A stretch of 64,000 bases of DNA from Abditibacteriaceae bacterium (GCA_965277285.1 OZ255721.1:1024001-1088000), one strand, 5' to 3'. Positions 40,407 to 51,563 are shown, numbered from the stretch's first letter. Notes: a model not told the origin generated them from the sequence alone. Made by a program: numbers and translations.

Positions 40407-42463
40407 ACAGTTTCCTACTGCGCTTTTTGAGATATTGGAGTCGTTCCGCTGGTGAACGATTGTGGCGTTCGCGCCAATCTTTCGGCGTACGCTATTTCGC
40501 GTTGATCTGCCTTGCAGTGCTCGCCTCGCCTTTTTTGCGCTCGTGTTTCCAAGTGCAAAACTTGTTTACTCCAACGATGGCTTCGGGCTTGATAGCGCCC
40601 CTTTTGGGTTTGCCGTGGCACAATGACACCTGGCCGAACGCTTTTTTCATTGAGCGTTTGCACGCGCTTTATCCTCACGACCACGATGTCGAATTGGCTT
40701 ATGCCGAAGGCGAAGATCCCCGATTTTATATGACGAATGATGACGACTATAATTCCATTCTTGGCAACATCTCCTTGAGGGATTCCGACGCGATTGAAAA
40801 ATACAACGCTCTAATGAAGCAATGGACGCGCGATCCAATTCCTGTCGCGCGCTGGTTGAGACATACGGCTAACATTCTCAAAGACGTTCGCGTCGCTGGC
40901 GGTCTGGAAAGCCTGCCGCAAAGCACTGTTGCACCAGCAGGCATGGCGATTCCGGCACCTACGCCAACGCCAAAACCTTCTTACACACCAAGCGAATTGA
41001 ACCACGCGATAGCAGTTGCGCGAAGCGGACAGAAACTGGAGCCGCAAAACAGCTATTTCGATTGGATGCTGATTTATTTTCTGCTGTGCGCGCGGCGCGA
41101 CAACGAAGCGATTCGAGTACTCGATGCGGCATCGCGCAAACAGTTCTACGACGATCATTCGTGCGATGTTGTAGCGGCTTTCATTCATGCGCGAGAAAGA
41201 GTGCGCCCGACTCTCATCGAAGAAAAATGGACGGATGTCATCTACGGTCAAAACTTATTCTTCAATGGACCGCATATCGCGCGCTTATTTTCGTGGATCG
41301 CGTGGCAAAAAGATCAGGCTGGCGACGTGCAAGGCGCGCTTTCCATTCGCGGCGATCTTGCGCGCATGGGCCAACTCATCGGCAATGGCCACTGCATAAG
41401 TTTATTTGAGGATTTTTCTCGTCCGATTTCAAGGATTGCCTGGCGCCGCGATTTGCGACCTTCGTCTTTGTCGTCTGCAAGGCGTTTTTCTGCAACCTCG
41501 TGGCGCACTGACGCGGACGATTTCGCGGATTATGCGATGGCGCATCATCGTCCTGACATCGCGCGTGAAACCCACGTCTTCGTGCAAAACAGCGCAGCCC
41601 GGCAACTTTTGTATCGCAGTTACACCAGCGTGATTTCAAGCCGCGTCTTGATTTACATTGGCTTAGGCGTCAGTTGTTTGCTGAGCATCGCGTTTTTCAT
41701 TGCGTTGTATGTCGCGCTTTCGATTCTGCTCTTGCTTTCTCCCTCCGTCGAAGTCGAGCGCCGCGATGTTTGGAGCTTGGCGCTGTTTCTCGCCTTGACG
41801 GCGTTGGTTGGGATTTTCTGCTTACACTTTGCAATCGCGCATCTTGGAACGGACGGTTACAACGCATTTGACTTATCGAGAGAAACTTCAAGCACGCTCT
41901 GGCTGCTGGCAATCGGCGTAGTTTTGCTTTTTATCACGCCGCTTTTGCTGTCGGCTTTGTGGTGCGCTCTGGGTTCGTGGCGGCGCGCCAGGCAATCGCC
42001 GGAAACCAGGACGCCCGCTCCAGGCTTGAAGATAATGCGGCTGGCTCAATTTTTCGTTTGTGGCAGCGCGTGGTCTTACGCCATCGCCTACTCGGTTGTG
42101 GCCGCTGTCATGGCGTGGCAAGGCGTCACGATGTGGAGCGTCAAAGTTCCGGCGTTAGGAGAAATTTACTTCAACGAGCCGTGGTGGAATCTGCTTCTTG
42201 TCTGGCCCGCTGTCGCTCTTTTTTCGCTCGTGAGCTGGTTTTGTTACGCGCGCTTTTTCGCCGCGCCGCCACGCACGCATACGCTTTACGCCTTGCGACG
42301 ATTCCGTCAAACGCTGCTCGCCTTGGTTCCCATTTACAGCGCGTTCTGGATTTCAATCGCGCTGCTTTCGCTGCCGCAACGACACCGAGCGGAAGCCCAA
42401 TTGAACGACTTGCTACAACACGGCGAAGTTTATGTCGCCGAACATCCCGACAAATATCGCTGA
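40403..42463 (+). CDS. hypothetical multi-pass membrane protein
   Basis: 686-aa ORF overlapping the malic enzyme stop (ATGA); TM-rich C-terminal half. Confidence 0.6.
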   Translation: MNSFLLRFLRYWSRSAGERLWRSRQSFGVRYFALICLAVLASPFLRSCFQVQNLFTPTMASGLIAPLLGLPWHNDTWPNAFFIERLHALYPHDHDVELAYAEGEDPRFYMTNDDDYNSILGNISLRDSDAIEKYNALMKQWTRDPIPVARWLRHTANILKDVRVAGGLESLPQSTVAPAGMAIPAPTPTPKPSYTPSELNHAIAVARSGQKLEPQNSYFDWMLIYFLLCARRDNEAIRVLDAASRKQFYDDHSCDVVAAFIHARERVRPTLIEEKWTDVIYGQNLFFNGPHIARLFSWIAWQKDQAGDVQGALSIRGDLARMGQLIGNGHCISLFEDFSRPISRIAWRRDLRPSSLSSARRFSATSWRTDADDFADYAMAHHRPDIARETHVFVQNSAARQLLYRSYTSVISSRVLIYIGLGVSCLLSIAFFIALYVALSILLLLSPSVEVERRDVWSLALFLALTALVGIFCLHFAIAHLGTDGYNAFDLSRETSSTLWLLAIGVVLLFITPLLLSALWCALGSWRRARQSPETRTPAPGLKIMRLAQFFVCGSAWSYAIAYSVVAAVMAWQGVTMWSVKVPALGEIYFNEPWWNLLLVWPAVALFSLVSWFCYARFFAAPPRTHTLYALRRFRQTLLALVPIYSAFWISIALLSLPQRHRAEAQLNDLLQHGEVYVAEHPDKYR

Positions 42464-42481
42464 CAATCGAGTACTCGAATC

Positions 42482-43747
42482 TCACAGGCGCAACACGAAC
42501 CCTAAAACCGCGCCGCCCAAGAGCAGCCACGCCGAATTGATTTTTGTCGTCAACAAAAGCAGCAATGAAGCGGCGAATAGAGCGGCAACGCTTATGCCGT
42601 GCGACGCGCCATGATCAAGCTGCGCGATTGCTAACTGCCACGTCACGACCGCCATTAAAGCCAGCGAGACCGCGTTCACGACATCGAGAAATGAGCGTAA
42701 AACAAGCGAGTTCTGCCATCGTTTGAGAAGCAACGACAGCAAGCCGACGAAGAAAAACGACGGCAGGAAAATCCCGACCGTCGCCACTATAGCGCCTTGG
42801 ACGCCGCCTAATAAATAGCCGATAAACGTTGCGGTGGTGAACAACGGGCCGGGCGTAAATTGTCCAAAGGCAACGGCGTCCAGCAATTGTTGATTGGTCA
42901 GCCAATGCGTGCGCACCACGAAATCTTGTCGCAAAAACGCGATTAAGACATAACCGCTGCCATATAAAACCGCGCCGATTTTCAGAAAAATCACAAACAG
43001 ATTGGACAAACTTGGCGTGGCGCCGACCGCGAAAATCCCGCTCGCTCCGCCAACGGCAAACAACATCGGCAAGCGCGATTTTGGCGGCGTTTCGTCCTCG
43101 ATTCGAGTACTCGATTCCTCCGTTGAATCGCTTATAGTTGTTGCAATTTCTTCGTCAAACGTCTCGGTTTCTGCTTTGTCGTTTCTCTGCTTCCACGCAC
43201 CGAGCAACAAGCCAAAAAACGCCGCGATAAATAAAACCGTGAGTTCATCAACGCCAAGCGCGACAGCTGCAATCGCGGCTAAGGCAACCATCATCGTCAA
43301 GACATTCTTGAGCGTCGTGCGCGCAAATTTCCCCAACGCGTGAGCGATAACCGCGACGACAACCGCGCTCAATCCGTGCAGCGGACTTTGCATTTGCGGC
43401 TGATTTCCCCAGCGCACATAAAGCGCCGCCAGAAAAGTCATCAACAGCGCGGCGGGCAAAATGAAAGCGATGCCCGCCGCGATCAAGCCTTTCCAACCGG
43501 CGCGACGATGACCGATGTGCATCGCCATTTCGGTCGAGTTCGGGCCAGGCACCAGGTTCGTCGCGCCGATCATGTCGATAAATTCCTGGTGCGAAAACCA
43601 GGCGCGCTTCTCGACAAATTCGTGCTGCATCAAAGCGATGTGCGCCAAAGGCCCGCCAAACGCCGTCGCGCCCAATCGCAAAAACAGCGCAAATAAATCG
43701 CGCGGCGTGCTTTGATTTTGGGCTTCGTCTTTCGAGTACTCGATCAT
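42482..43747 (-). CDS. chrA: chromate efflux transporter (long-chain CHR)
   Basis: FGGP, PGPNS, YGSGYV, TPGP, duplicated halves. Confidence 0.88.
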   Translation of the reverse strand: MIEYSKDEAQNQSTPRDLFALFLRLGATAFGGPLAHIALMQHEFVEKRAWFSHQEFIDMIGATNLVPGPNSTEMAMHIGHRRAGWKGLIAAGIAFILPAALLMTFLAALYVRWGNQPQMQSPLHGLSAVVVAVIAHALGKFARTTLKNVLTMMVALAAIAAVALGVDELTVLFIAAFFGLLLGAWKQRNDKAETETFDEEIATTISDSTEESSTRIEDETPPKSRLPMLFAVGGASGIFAVGATPSLSNLFVIFLKIGAVLYGSGYVLIAFLRQDFVVRTHWLTNQQLLDAVAFGQFTPGPLFTTATFIGYLLGGVQGAIVATVGIFLPSFFFVGLLSLLLKRWQNSLVLRSFLDVVNAVSLALMAVVTWQLAIAQLDHGASHGISVAALFAASLLLLLTTKINSAWLLLGGAVLGFVLRL

Positions 43748-43846
43748 CGCAGCGATTGTAACAAAAGCCTTTGCAGAACACTTTTTCAGATACAAAAAAG
43801 CGCGCACTGAGAGTTTTTCAGCGCGCGCTTTCCCAAAGAATTTCGC

Positions 43847-44380
43847 TTACAATCTTCCGGGCGTATCCAGATCGATTTCGTCCATTTTGTTGTGCGTAAA
43901 TGAGAAAGTTACTGCTCCGACGCCTTCGCCCAGGTGATAAACCAGCCAGCCGTCGCCAGGTTTGTTGGGACGTTTTCCGACGATGTCATAGCGCGCTTTA
44001 CCGAAACGATGGCGAATCATTTGTGGCGAATCGGTCGCTTTAACGCCGAAAGGCAAGGTGCCTCCATACGCGCTTACGCCGCCTTTGATTGGTACAACGT
44101 AAACGATGACGCGGCTGATGACGTTGCCACGAAAGAGAAGCGCGAAGCTTTCCGTCGGGTCGTTGGGCCGATCATAACCGCCGCTGTCGCCTTTCGCGTA
44201 TTTTTGAAGATGTTGCGCTTTGACGAAGTTTTGCACCGTTTCGTCTTCGATTTTGTGACCCAGCAAATTGGAGAGAACTCCAACCGTCGGCTCTTTGAGC
44301 GCATTTTCGGCACGCGCCGCCGCCACGGTGAAACCGCAAAACAGCAAAGCGGCGACGAATGTTTTGATGGATGAACGCAT
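43847..44380 (-). CDS. hypothetical exported protein
   Basis: Signal peptide (AARA); LPFG motif. Confidence 0.55.
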   Translation of the reverse strand: MRSSIKTFVAALLFCGFTVAAARAENALKEPTVGVLSNLLGHKIEDETVQNFVKAQHLQKYAKGDSGGYDRPNDPTESFALLFRGNVISRVIVYVVPIKGGVSAYGGTLPFGVKATDSPQMIRHRFGKARYDIVGKRPNKPGDGWLVYHLGEGVGAVTFSFTHNKMDEIDLDTPGRL

Positions 44381-44477
44381 AATGTTTCTATACTTAATCG
44401 TTTCAACGACGATGCACAAAGGCGAATCGAGTACTCGATCTTCGTAGCGTTTGTAACTCGTGTGTCAAAATAGATTT

Positions 44478-44903
44478 ATGACTCAATTTAACTTCAAAAA
44501 TTTGCCCAAAGGTTTTGAATTTCCTTTCACCAAGCACGAGATTCGGCAATATATAAAAACGACAACCGCGAACTTTGAATCCGTTGAGTTCGATGGCATT
44601 TCTTCGTCTGAAAGTTTCTATAACAAGTCTTATCTGAGTAAAATGCACTTTGCCTGCCGCCTCGAAGCGGAATACAAGGAAGGTGAATGGTGTTTTAAGT
44701 TGGAAGTCAATGGTTTGCGGCCAGAGCGTTATGAAGGACGCCGTGAAGAGATTGCTCAAGCGTTATTGAGTCAAATCAAAAAATGGACAAATGCAAAACT
44801 GGTTCTCTCAGAAACAGCGCCCAAGAAGCCTTGTCGAGCGCACATTTCTTTCGATTTGACAAAAAAGCCCGACGACATCGCCGACTTATCTGAGTGGAAC
44901 TGA
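44478..44903 (+). CDS. hypothetical protein
   Basis: 141-aa ORF filling the gap between genes. Confidence 0.5.
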   Translation: MTQFNFKNLPKGFEFPFTKHEIRQYIKTTTANFESVEFDGISSSESFYNKSYLSKMHFACRLEAEYKEGEWCFKLEVNGLRPERYEGRREEIAQALLSQIKKWTNAKLVLSETAPKKPCRAHISFDLTKKPDDIADLSEWN

Positions 44904-44988
44904 GGAGCAACGTTGTTCGAGTACTCGATTTCCCTTTGCGTCTTTGCGGTTGGCTTGCTATATTCGTTGTGCATTTCAAACCAACATT

Positions 44989-46053
44989 ATGAGCGAAAAA
45001 CTTCCCGACACAACTTCCGCGACAAACGCGCCTGCGACTTACGCTTCGGCTGGCGTCAATATCGAAGCTGGCAACGAACTGGTCAGGCGCATCAAACCTT
45101 TGGCGCAAAAAACCTTTACTTCTGGCGTTTTGGGCGGCATCGGCGGCTTTGGCGCGCTGTTTCGTCCCGAATGGTTGGCGATGAGCGATCCGGTTCTGGT
45201 TTCGGGCGCCGATGGCGTCGGGACGAAACTTAAAGTCGCTTTTGCGCTCAACAAACACGACACCATCGGACAGGATTTGGTGGCGATGAACGTCAACGAT
45301 GTGCTGTGCGCGGGCGCGCGACCGTTGTTTTTTCTGGATTATCTGGGAACCGGAAAACTCGAAGTCGGCGTTGCCGAAGATGTGATTAAAGGCGTCGCCG
45401 ATGGCTGCGAAAAAGCCGGTTGCGCTTTGATTGGCGGTGAAACAGCCGAACTTCCGTCCTTGTATTCTGAAGGCGAATACGACTTGGCGGGTTTTTGCGT
45501 CGGCATTGTCGATAAACCGAAAATTGTCGATGGTTCGAGTGTTAAAGCGGGCGACATCGTTCTGGGTTTGCCGTCTTCGGGATTGCATTCCAACGGTTAT
45601 TCGCTGGCACGCAAGCTGTTGGAGCCGCTGGGATTGAGTACTCAAATCGAAAGTTTGGGCGCGACCATTGGCGAAACGTTGCTGACGCCGACGACGATTT
45701 ACGTCAAGCCGATTTTGAGCGTCTTGGCAAAAGTCCAGATCAAAGCGATGTCGCACATCACCGGCGGCGGTTTTTACGAGAACATTCCACGCGCCCTGCC
45801 AAACGGCACCAAAGCCGTGATTTCGCGCGGCTCGTGGACGATTCCGCCGATTTTCGCGTTACTACAAAAAACCGGCAACGTCGAAGAGCGCGAAATGTTC
45901 ACCACCTTCAATATGGGAATCGGCTTTGTATTGATTGTCGCGCCGCAAGACGAAGATATTGTGCGCCAAACGCTCATCGAGTACTCGATAACGCCAATTC
46001 GCCTGGGACAAATCGAAGCGACCGATGAAGCGCCGCACGTCACGTTGATTTAA
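44989..46053 (+). CDS. purM: phosphoribosylformylglycinamidine cyclo-ligase
   Basis: YASAGVNI, DGVGTK, GGETAE, GLHSNGYS, HITGGG, TFNMG. Confidence 0.96.
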   Translation: MSEKLPDTTSATNAPATYASAGVNIEAGNELVRRIKPLAQKTFTSGVLGGIGGFGALFRPEWLAMSDPVLVSGADGVGTKLKVAFALNKHDTIGQDLVAMNVNDVLCAGARPLFFLDYLGTGKLEVGVAEDVIKGVADGCEKAGCALIGGETAELPSLYSEGEYDLAGFCVGIVDKPKIVDGSSVKAGDIVLGLPSSGLHSNGYSLARKLLEPLGLSTQIESLGATIGETLLTPTTIYVKPILSVLAKVQIKAMSHITGGGFYENIPRALPNGTKAVISRGSWTIPPIFALLQKTGNVEEREMFTTFNMGIGFVLIVAPQDEDIVRQTLIEYSITPIRLGQIEATDEAPHVTLI

Positions 46054-46116
46054 CGTCATTTCATAATTTGTCTTCTTATAGAAAACAGGTTAATGGTTCA
46101 ATTGAGTGAGTCGCTG

Positions 46117-46205
46117 GAAAGAACCCCGAGCGTCAGCGACGGGTGAAACGTAAAAGTTCGTTCATCCGTTACGTTTCACCCGTCGCTGACGCTCGGGGTT
46201 CTTTC
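46117..46205. repeat. REP-like inverted repeat, family A
   Basis: 37-bp perfect arms GAAAGAACCCCGAGCGTCAGCGACGGGTGAAACGTAA. Confidence 0.8.
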
Positions 46206-46308
46206 TTGGAGAGTTCAATCTATCTCACCACCTGAGCTGCTGCCGAAAATAGAATTTTGTCATTTCGATGTATTGCGAATGAGTTTGCATCCTTTTTGCG
46301 AGAAAGTG

Positions 46309-46337
46309 TTGCCGTTGCCGGAGATGTCGCGTATAAT
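46309..46337 (+). promoter_or_regulatory. sigma70 promoter of the tRNA-Pro/Gly operon
   Basis: TTGCCG-N17-TATAAT. Confidence 0.7.
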
Positions 46338-46369
46338 GTGTTTGCATTTGCCGAATGAATGCGACACAA

Positions 46370-46443
46370 CGGGGCGTAGCGCAGCTTGGTAGCGCGTCTG
46401 TTTTGGGAACAGAAGGTCGTCAGTTCGAATCTGGCCGCCCCGA
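46370..46443 (+). tRNA. tRNA-Pro (TGG)
   Basis: CGGGGCG/CGCCCCG acceptor; TCTGT-TTTGGGA-ACAGA anticodon arm; GTTCGAATC. Confidence 0.93.
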
Positions 46444-46526
46444 TTTTGGGAGTTCTCAGTTTTGAGTTCTTAGTTTTAAGTTGATGGCAACCAAACTGAG
46501 AACTTAAAACTGAGAACTTTCTCGTT

Positions 46527-46597
46527 GCGAGAGTAGCTCAATGGTAGAGCCTCAGTCTTCCAAACTGATGACGCGAGTTCGATCCTCGTCTCTCGCT
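46527..46597 (+). tRNA. tRNA-Gly (TCC)
   Basis: GCGAGAG/CTCTCGC acceptor; TCAGT-CTTCCAA-ACTGA anticodon arm; GTTCGATCC. Confidence 0.93.
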
Positions 46598-46733
46598 TTC
46601 AAAAACCTGTTTTTCACGTGATTGTTTGCGGCTTTCATGGGAAAAACCCTTATCCGGTAAAGAGTTCTTGAAAATTGGCCGTTTGCGTTTCAAAGCATCC
46701 GACGCCCTTATTTCAACCGAAATGAGGGTAAAA

Positions 46734-47945
46734 ATGAGTTTCAAGTCATCAGTCTTGCGCGAAAATGCGAGCCGAAAAACGGCCTCCAATCGCTCTCCCC
46801 TGCTCCGTGCCGTTCCGCTTTCTCACGCCGTTCAACTTCCCGACGAGCAATCAAACCACGAACCGACAAAAGATCGACGCGCAAAAGATCGACGCGCTGG
46901 TCGTAAATTGACCTCGCCTTATCATCGTCACGCCATGATGGTGCAGGTCGTGGTGCAGGATTCTTTGCCCGCATGCGAAGTGCGCGATGAAATTGACGCC
47001 TGGATCGCCGCCAGCGAATTTCGCAATACTCCCGCGACCCTTCTTGAAAAGAAAAGCGCTATTTCCAAGCTGCCATGGTTCCTTGAAACGCGCGCGTTGG
47101 AAGAATGCGGCACGACAGAGCTTTTGCAGGTCCTGGCGCATGTCAAAAACGGCCATTTGTCGCCGCTGGGACGCTGGGACAATCCGCAAAACAAAACGCC
47201 GGTGCGCCCGATCCGTGTGCGCGGTTATTTTAATGTCCTGCGCGCTTTTTTCAACTATCTGGTTAAAAAAGGCACGCTCACCCACTCGCCGGTCGCTGCG
47301 ATTGATACGCCCGATCCGGGCAAAGACCGCATTCATTTGTTCTCGCCCGAAGACATGTGGGCGATTTTAGAGGCGACGGACAATTCCTGGCATCCAGTGC
47401 GTGACCGCGCTGTCGTGCTGTTTCTCTACGACACAGGTGTGCGCGCCAATGAACTGTGCGGCTTGCGAATGAAGAATGTGGATTTGAAGCGGCGTCGCGT
47501 CGTCGTTCACGGCAAGGGCGATAAATTCCGTGTCGTTGGCCTGGGCGACAAAGCCTTCAATGCACTGTGGAAATATCTGGGCGAGCGAAGCGAACGCGAT
47601 AAACAAGGCAAAAGACGGGAAATCAATCCCGATGCGCCGGTTTTTCTGTGCGACCGGGGCGTGCGCGCGCACGAGGCGCTGCAATACGGCGGCTTGAAGC
47701 AGCTCATCAACCGACTGGGTAAGGCTGCGAGAATTGAGATTGTAAGATGCTCACCGCATACATTTCGCCACACTTTTGCGACCGATTATTTGCGCGGCGA
47801 AGGCGGCGACCTGGCGAGCCTGCAACGGTTGATGGGGCACATGACGCCATCTGTCACACAAAAGTATATTCACCTTTCGTCTTGCGACTTATCGACAACG
47901 CATCGAAAAAACAGCCCGGCAGACCGTTTATTACGGCGAAAGTAA
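46734..47945 (+). CDS. tyrosine recombinase/integrase
   Basis: RDRAVVLFLYDTGVRANEL, HGKGDK, HTFRHTFA, LMGH...TQKY; start uncertain. Confidence 0.88.
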   Translation: MSFKSSVLRENASRKTASNRSPLLRAVPLSHAVQLPDEQSNHEPTKDRRAKDRRAGRKLTSPYHRHAMMVQVVVQDSLPACEVRDEIDAWIAASEFRNTPATLLEKKSAISKLPWFLETRALEECGTTELLQVLAHVKNGHLSPLGRWDNPQNKTPVRPIRVRGYFNVLRAFFNYLVKKGTLTHSPVAAIDTPDPGKDRIHLFSPEDMWAILEATDNSWHPVRDRAVVLFLYDTGVRANELCGLRMKNVDLKRRRVVVHGKGDKFRVVGLGDKAFNALWKYLGERSERDKQGKRREINPDAPVFLCDRGVRAHEALQYGGLKQLINRLGKAARIEIVRCSPHTFRHTFATDYLRGEGGDLASLQRLMGHMTPSVTQKYIHLSSCDLSTTHRKNSPADRLLRRK

Positions 47946-48032
47946 CCAGTTTACAGTTGCAGGCATCGAGCGCCAGTCGCTGAAGGTTTCGCCAGGTGAT
48001 CGGCTGAAAAAGCGCCGATCACGGTAAAATAA

Positions 48033-48066
48033 AAATACAGGCGCGCTCAATGGCGCGCCTGTATTC
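48033..48066. terminator. bidirectional terminator
   Basis: AATACAGGCGCGC-tcaatg-GCGCGCCTGTATT between convergent genes. Confidence 0.6.
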
Positions 48067-48088
48067 AAGGGCTGTCAATCAAAGATTG

Positions 48089-49474
48089 TTAATAGCCCGT
48101 TTGCGGGTTAAACCGTAGCTGCCATAACTGAGCGTCCGAGTTGTTCGGTACCCACTCTTGAACCGGCGTTCCCACGCTGGTCCCACCATACTGATCGTCC
48201 AGGGCGAAACCATCGAGGAACTTGACCGTGTAGTAGCCAGGCACGGAAGAGGGCGTCAGCGTAAATTGCTGGCTGTTTCCGCCATACCATGGATAAAGCT
48301 GATAGAGGCCACCTTGCGCCTGGTTGGTCGTGGAGACGGTTTCGCTGCTGTTGGTATAGTACCTCAGCGTCCAATGGCTATCCCAGAAATTGGGTGCCTG
48401 CCAGGTGCACAACATCGTCCATATTTGGTTGTCGTTGACACTGGTCCACTGGTTGATCGCATTGTGGTCGGTTGGGTTTCCGTTACTGGGTGTGTTGGCG
48501 TTCAGCACCAAAGCACTGTTACGGTTGCCAAGCTGGAACACGTGATTGCCGCTGTTGGGAATGCCGATACCGCTTAAGATTTCCTGAACTCCCCAGTTGG
48601 CGTTCGGCGCCCACTGAACGTCAGGCCAGTAGAACCCGCCCGTGGCACCATTGCCAACAGCCCAATTAAAGAATGGGGTGCTGGAGTGGTTATTGCTTTC
48701 GATACCGGGCATCACATGAAACCCATTACCGAACGCGTTGTTCCAGTTCCCTGGATCGTTGCCCGCCCCGCCCTGGTAGCACTGGAGATAGACGAGATCG
48801 CAGCCGCTCCCAAGGTTATGCTTGAGCTGCGTCCAATAGCCTTGATTGGTGTAAGGTGCGAGTGATACCTTGTAGCCCAGTGTGTTCAGTATCTGGCCGA
48901 AGGATGTGGCGGAGCCGACATCATACGTTTGCTCGTCGTCGAAGTTGATCGCGTTGATGCCCGGTGCCGCGTTCTTGAGCGCTTGGAAGTTTCGATAGAG
49001 AATGCTACCGGAACCCGTGCCCTGAGAGTTGACCAGATTTTGGATATTGGTGAAGCTGGCGTCATTCGCGCCGCCAACACAAATCTCGAAGCGATAAACA
49101 CTCGTCGGCGCCGACTTCAGCGCGGCGACGTTTCCCCCAAAGCCGCCATCGCCCACATACTGGCCGTTTGTTACGAGCGTAGAGCCACCGTAGGTGATGT
49201 CGCCGTTAGCCTGCACGGTGGTGGCAAATAGGATCAGGCCATTCCAGCCGGAGCCTTTGAGATTGCCGACACTGGAAGATCCAGTGAAATGATAAAAGTC
49301 GTTGCCATCGGATCCGTAAAGCGCCGTGTAAGCCGCGCGCGCACTTTTCGGATAGGAAAGAGTGAGCAGCAGCGATAAGGTCATCAATAGGACAACTGTG
49401 CCGCGTGTCAGTTTCATCGATAACGCGCCGAATGTGGTGCGTGTCGACGGTACGGTCCGTAGAACGTCTTTCAT
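48089..49474 (-). CDS. secreted GH18-like glycoside hydrolase with ricin-B lectin domain
   Basis: VGGA, INFDDE, YLQCY.GG motifs; QxW repeats at the C-terminus; AAGGAG RBS. Confidence 0.7.
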   Translation of the reverse strand: MKDVLRTVPSTRTTFGALSMKLTRGTVVLLMTLSLLLTLSYPKSARAAYTALYGSDGNDFYHFTGSSSVGNLKGSGWNGLILFATTVQANGDITYGGSTLVTNGQYVGDGGFGGNVAALKSAPTSVYRFEICVGGANDASFTNIQNLVNSQGTGSGSILYRNFQALKNAAPGINAINFDDEQTYDVGSATSFGQILNTLGYKVSLAPYTNQGYWTQLKHNLGSGCDLVYLQCYQGGAGNDPGNWNNAFGNGFHVMPGIESNNHSSTPFFNWAVGNGATGGFYWPDVQWAPNANWGVQEILSGIGIPNSGNHVFQLGNRNSALVLNANTPSNGNPTDHNAINQWTSVNDNQIWTMLCTWQAPNFWDSHWTLRYYTNSSETVSTTNQAQGGLYQLYPWYGGNSQQFTLTPSSVPGYYTVKFLDGFALDDQYGGTSVGTPVQEWVPNNSDAQLWQLRFNPQTGY

Positions 49475-50009
49475 TACAATACTCCTTAAATTTTCTCAGG
49501 CTTTTGTGAATGGGATACCGGTATTATACCCATCCGCATAGGTTTTCAAACATCGTTTGTAACCTTTTCTAAAAACCAGCGACTTGAAGATGCCGATGCT
49601 TCGCTTCAATATCGCCGACGCCGACATTGAAGCGAAGCATCGGCATTTCAGCCCTGCTGAGGAGATTTGAAAAGTGAGTGGCCAAAACGCTGAAGAATGA
49701 AAGATGGTACGTGAGCGAGGCGGCGGGCGGAAGCGGCGGCGGAGAATGGTCACCGAACCACTTTCACCACCTAAGTCGCAAAGCTGAAAAAGCGAGTACT
49801 CGAAGGTCTGGGTCAACACAAAGGCCAGCGTTTATCAGATGTCGGGGACCCGCCGCCGCGCCGCGCAAAAACACGCGCTGAAAGGATTACCAAACGGCGC
49901 GGCCAGACTTTTACCCGCATTTGGTCAAAGTGTTGTTAAGAGAAAACTGTTAGCGCAAAAGAAAGCGACACCCCGTTGACAAAACGTAGCCTATGCGCGT
50001 TGCGAAATT

Positions 50010-51422
50010 ATGCACACTACACTTGAAGACAACCAGACGACGAATTCCCGTGAAGCCGCCAGTCAATTAGGCGCGACTTATGACGAGTTGTGCCAATTCG
50101 CTGTGACGCTTTGTCATGCGGACGCGGCAGCGCTCTTTTTCTTCAATGAAAAGCAACGCGTAGGCAACACGAATTCGCCCGGTTGCAACGAAGCCGCGCG
50201 CGATTTCTTAAAGCAGCAGACAGAATATTTCACCATCAGTGCCCATGAAATCAATCCCGAACACGGCGATTTGCTGACCTATAACAGCACCGATTTTCAC
50301 AGCGCGGCGGGCGCGCCACTACTTTCGCAGGGCAGCACAAACCTTGGCACCTTGCTGGTTTTTTATGCCGAAAATCGCGATAACAGCACGCCATCGAGTA
50401 CTCAGTTGAGTACTCTGACAATGCTGGCGCGTCAGGCAGTTTCGCACTGTGAGCAGCAGCGGCGATTAAACGAATATCAAGCCATCGAAGACGATTTGCG
50501 CGAAAGCAACGCCATTCTCGAAGCGACACAGGAAGCCGCCGCCGACGGCATTTTCTTGGTGGACGACAGCGGCGTTTTGGTTCGTTACAACAAACGATTT
50601 CTGGAGTTGTGGCGCATTCCCGCCGAGCAGATGGAGGAATTGCAGCTCAATCGGCAATTGATGTTTTTCGTGATGGAGTCGCTGCACGAGCCGGACGATT
50701 TTATCAACTGCATCAGTTATTTATACGAGCATCCGCACGCATCGGCGCGCGACGAAGTCGAACTTAAGGATGGGCGCATTTTCTATCGCTATTCGGCTCC
50801 GGCGCTTTCACGCGAAGGCCATTCTTATGGGCGCGTCTGGTCATTTACCGACATCAGCGAACTCAAAGAACGCGAGCGCATTATCTGCCAACAGCAGGAG
50901 CAATTGCGCGAAGCCAACGCCCAACTGGAAGAACTCGCGACGCGCGACGGCTTGACCGGAATTCTCAATCGCCGCGCTTTTGAGGCTCGCCTGGCCGACG
51001 AAATACGGCGCGCCGACCGGTATCGTTTGCCGCTGTCGCTTATCATTCTCGATGTTGATAAATTCAAAAGTTACAACGACGAGTTTGGTCATCCTGCCGG
51101 CGACGAAGTCTTAAAAATGGTGGCGCACCTGCTGGATACAGAAACGCGCGCAACCGACATCGCGGCGCGTTATGGCGGTGAAGAGTTCGTCATCATTTTG
51201 CCGGACACGGAGCACGAAGGCTCCCTGATTCTGACGAACCGGATGCGCAGCTACATCGAACACGGCGCGTGGACCGAGCGCGCGATCACGGCTAGTTTTG
51301 GCGTGTCTTCGCTTTCGCCGGAAATCAGCACTGCGCAAGCGCTGCTCGAATCCGCCGACAAAGCGCTTTATGCCGCCAAAGAAGCAGGCCGCAACCGCGT
51401 TTTTCACTATCTTGATTTGTAA
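50010..51422 (+). CDS. PAS-domain diguanylate cyclase
   Basis: DGLTG, DVDKFK..ND.FGH..GD, RATD I-site, GGEEF. Confidence 0.92.
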   Translation: MHTTLEDNQTTNSREAASQLGATYDELCQFAVTLCHADAAALFFFNEKQRVGNTNSPGCNEAARDFLKQQTEYFTISAHEINPEHGDLLTYNSTDFHSAAGAPLLSQGSTNLGTLLVFYAENRDNSTPSSTQLSTLTMLARQAVSHCEQQRRLNEYQAIEDDLRESNAILEATQEAAADGIFLVDDSGVLVRYNKRFLELWRIPAEQMEELQLNRQLMFFVMESLHEPDDFINCISYLYEHPHASARDEVELKDGRIFYRYSAPALSREGHSYGRVWSFTDISELKERERIICQQQEQLREANAQLEELATRDGLTGILNRRAFEARLADEIRRADRYRLPLSLIILDVDKFKSYNDEFGHPAGDEVLKMVAHLLDTETRATDIAARYGGEEFVIILPDTEHEGSLILTNRMRSYIEHGAWTERAITASFGVSSLSPEISTAQALLESADKALYAAKEAGRNRVFHYLDL

Positions 51423-51528
51423 GGCGCATAGCGTTGTTATTCACCGCTACACTTTGTCGAGTACTCATTAGGCGCGCTTTTGTCTTTTATTTGTGTCCGC
51501 GGTTTGCCCCGTCGATATTTTGAAGCAC

Positions 51529-51563
51529 AAACAGCAAGTACTCGGATTGAGTACTTGCTGTTT
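51529..51563. repeat. island doublet hairpin (AGTACT doublet)
   Basis: AAACAGCAAGTACTC-ggatt-GAGTACTTGCTGTTT. Confidence 0.8.

Noticed and set aside
46734..47945. Integrase as an integron IntI
   Set aside because: The IntI-specific insertion motif is not recognisable; it looks like a generic tRNA-associated tyrosine recombinase.
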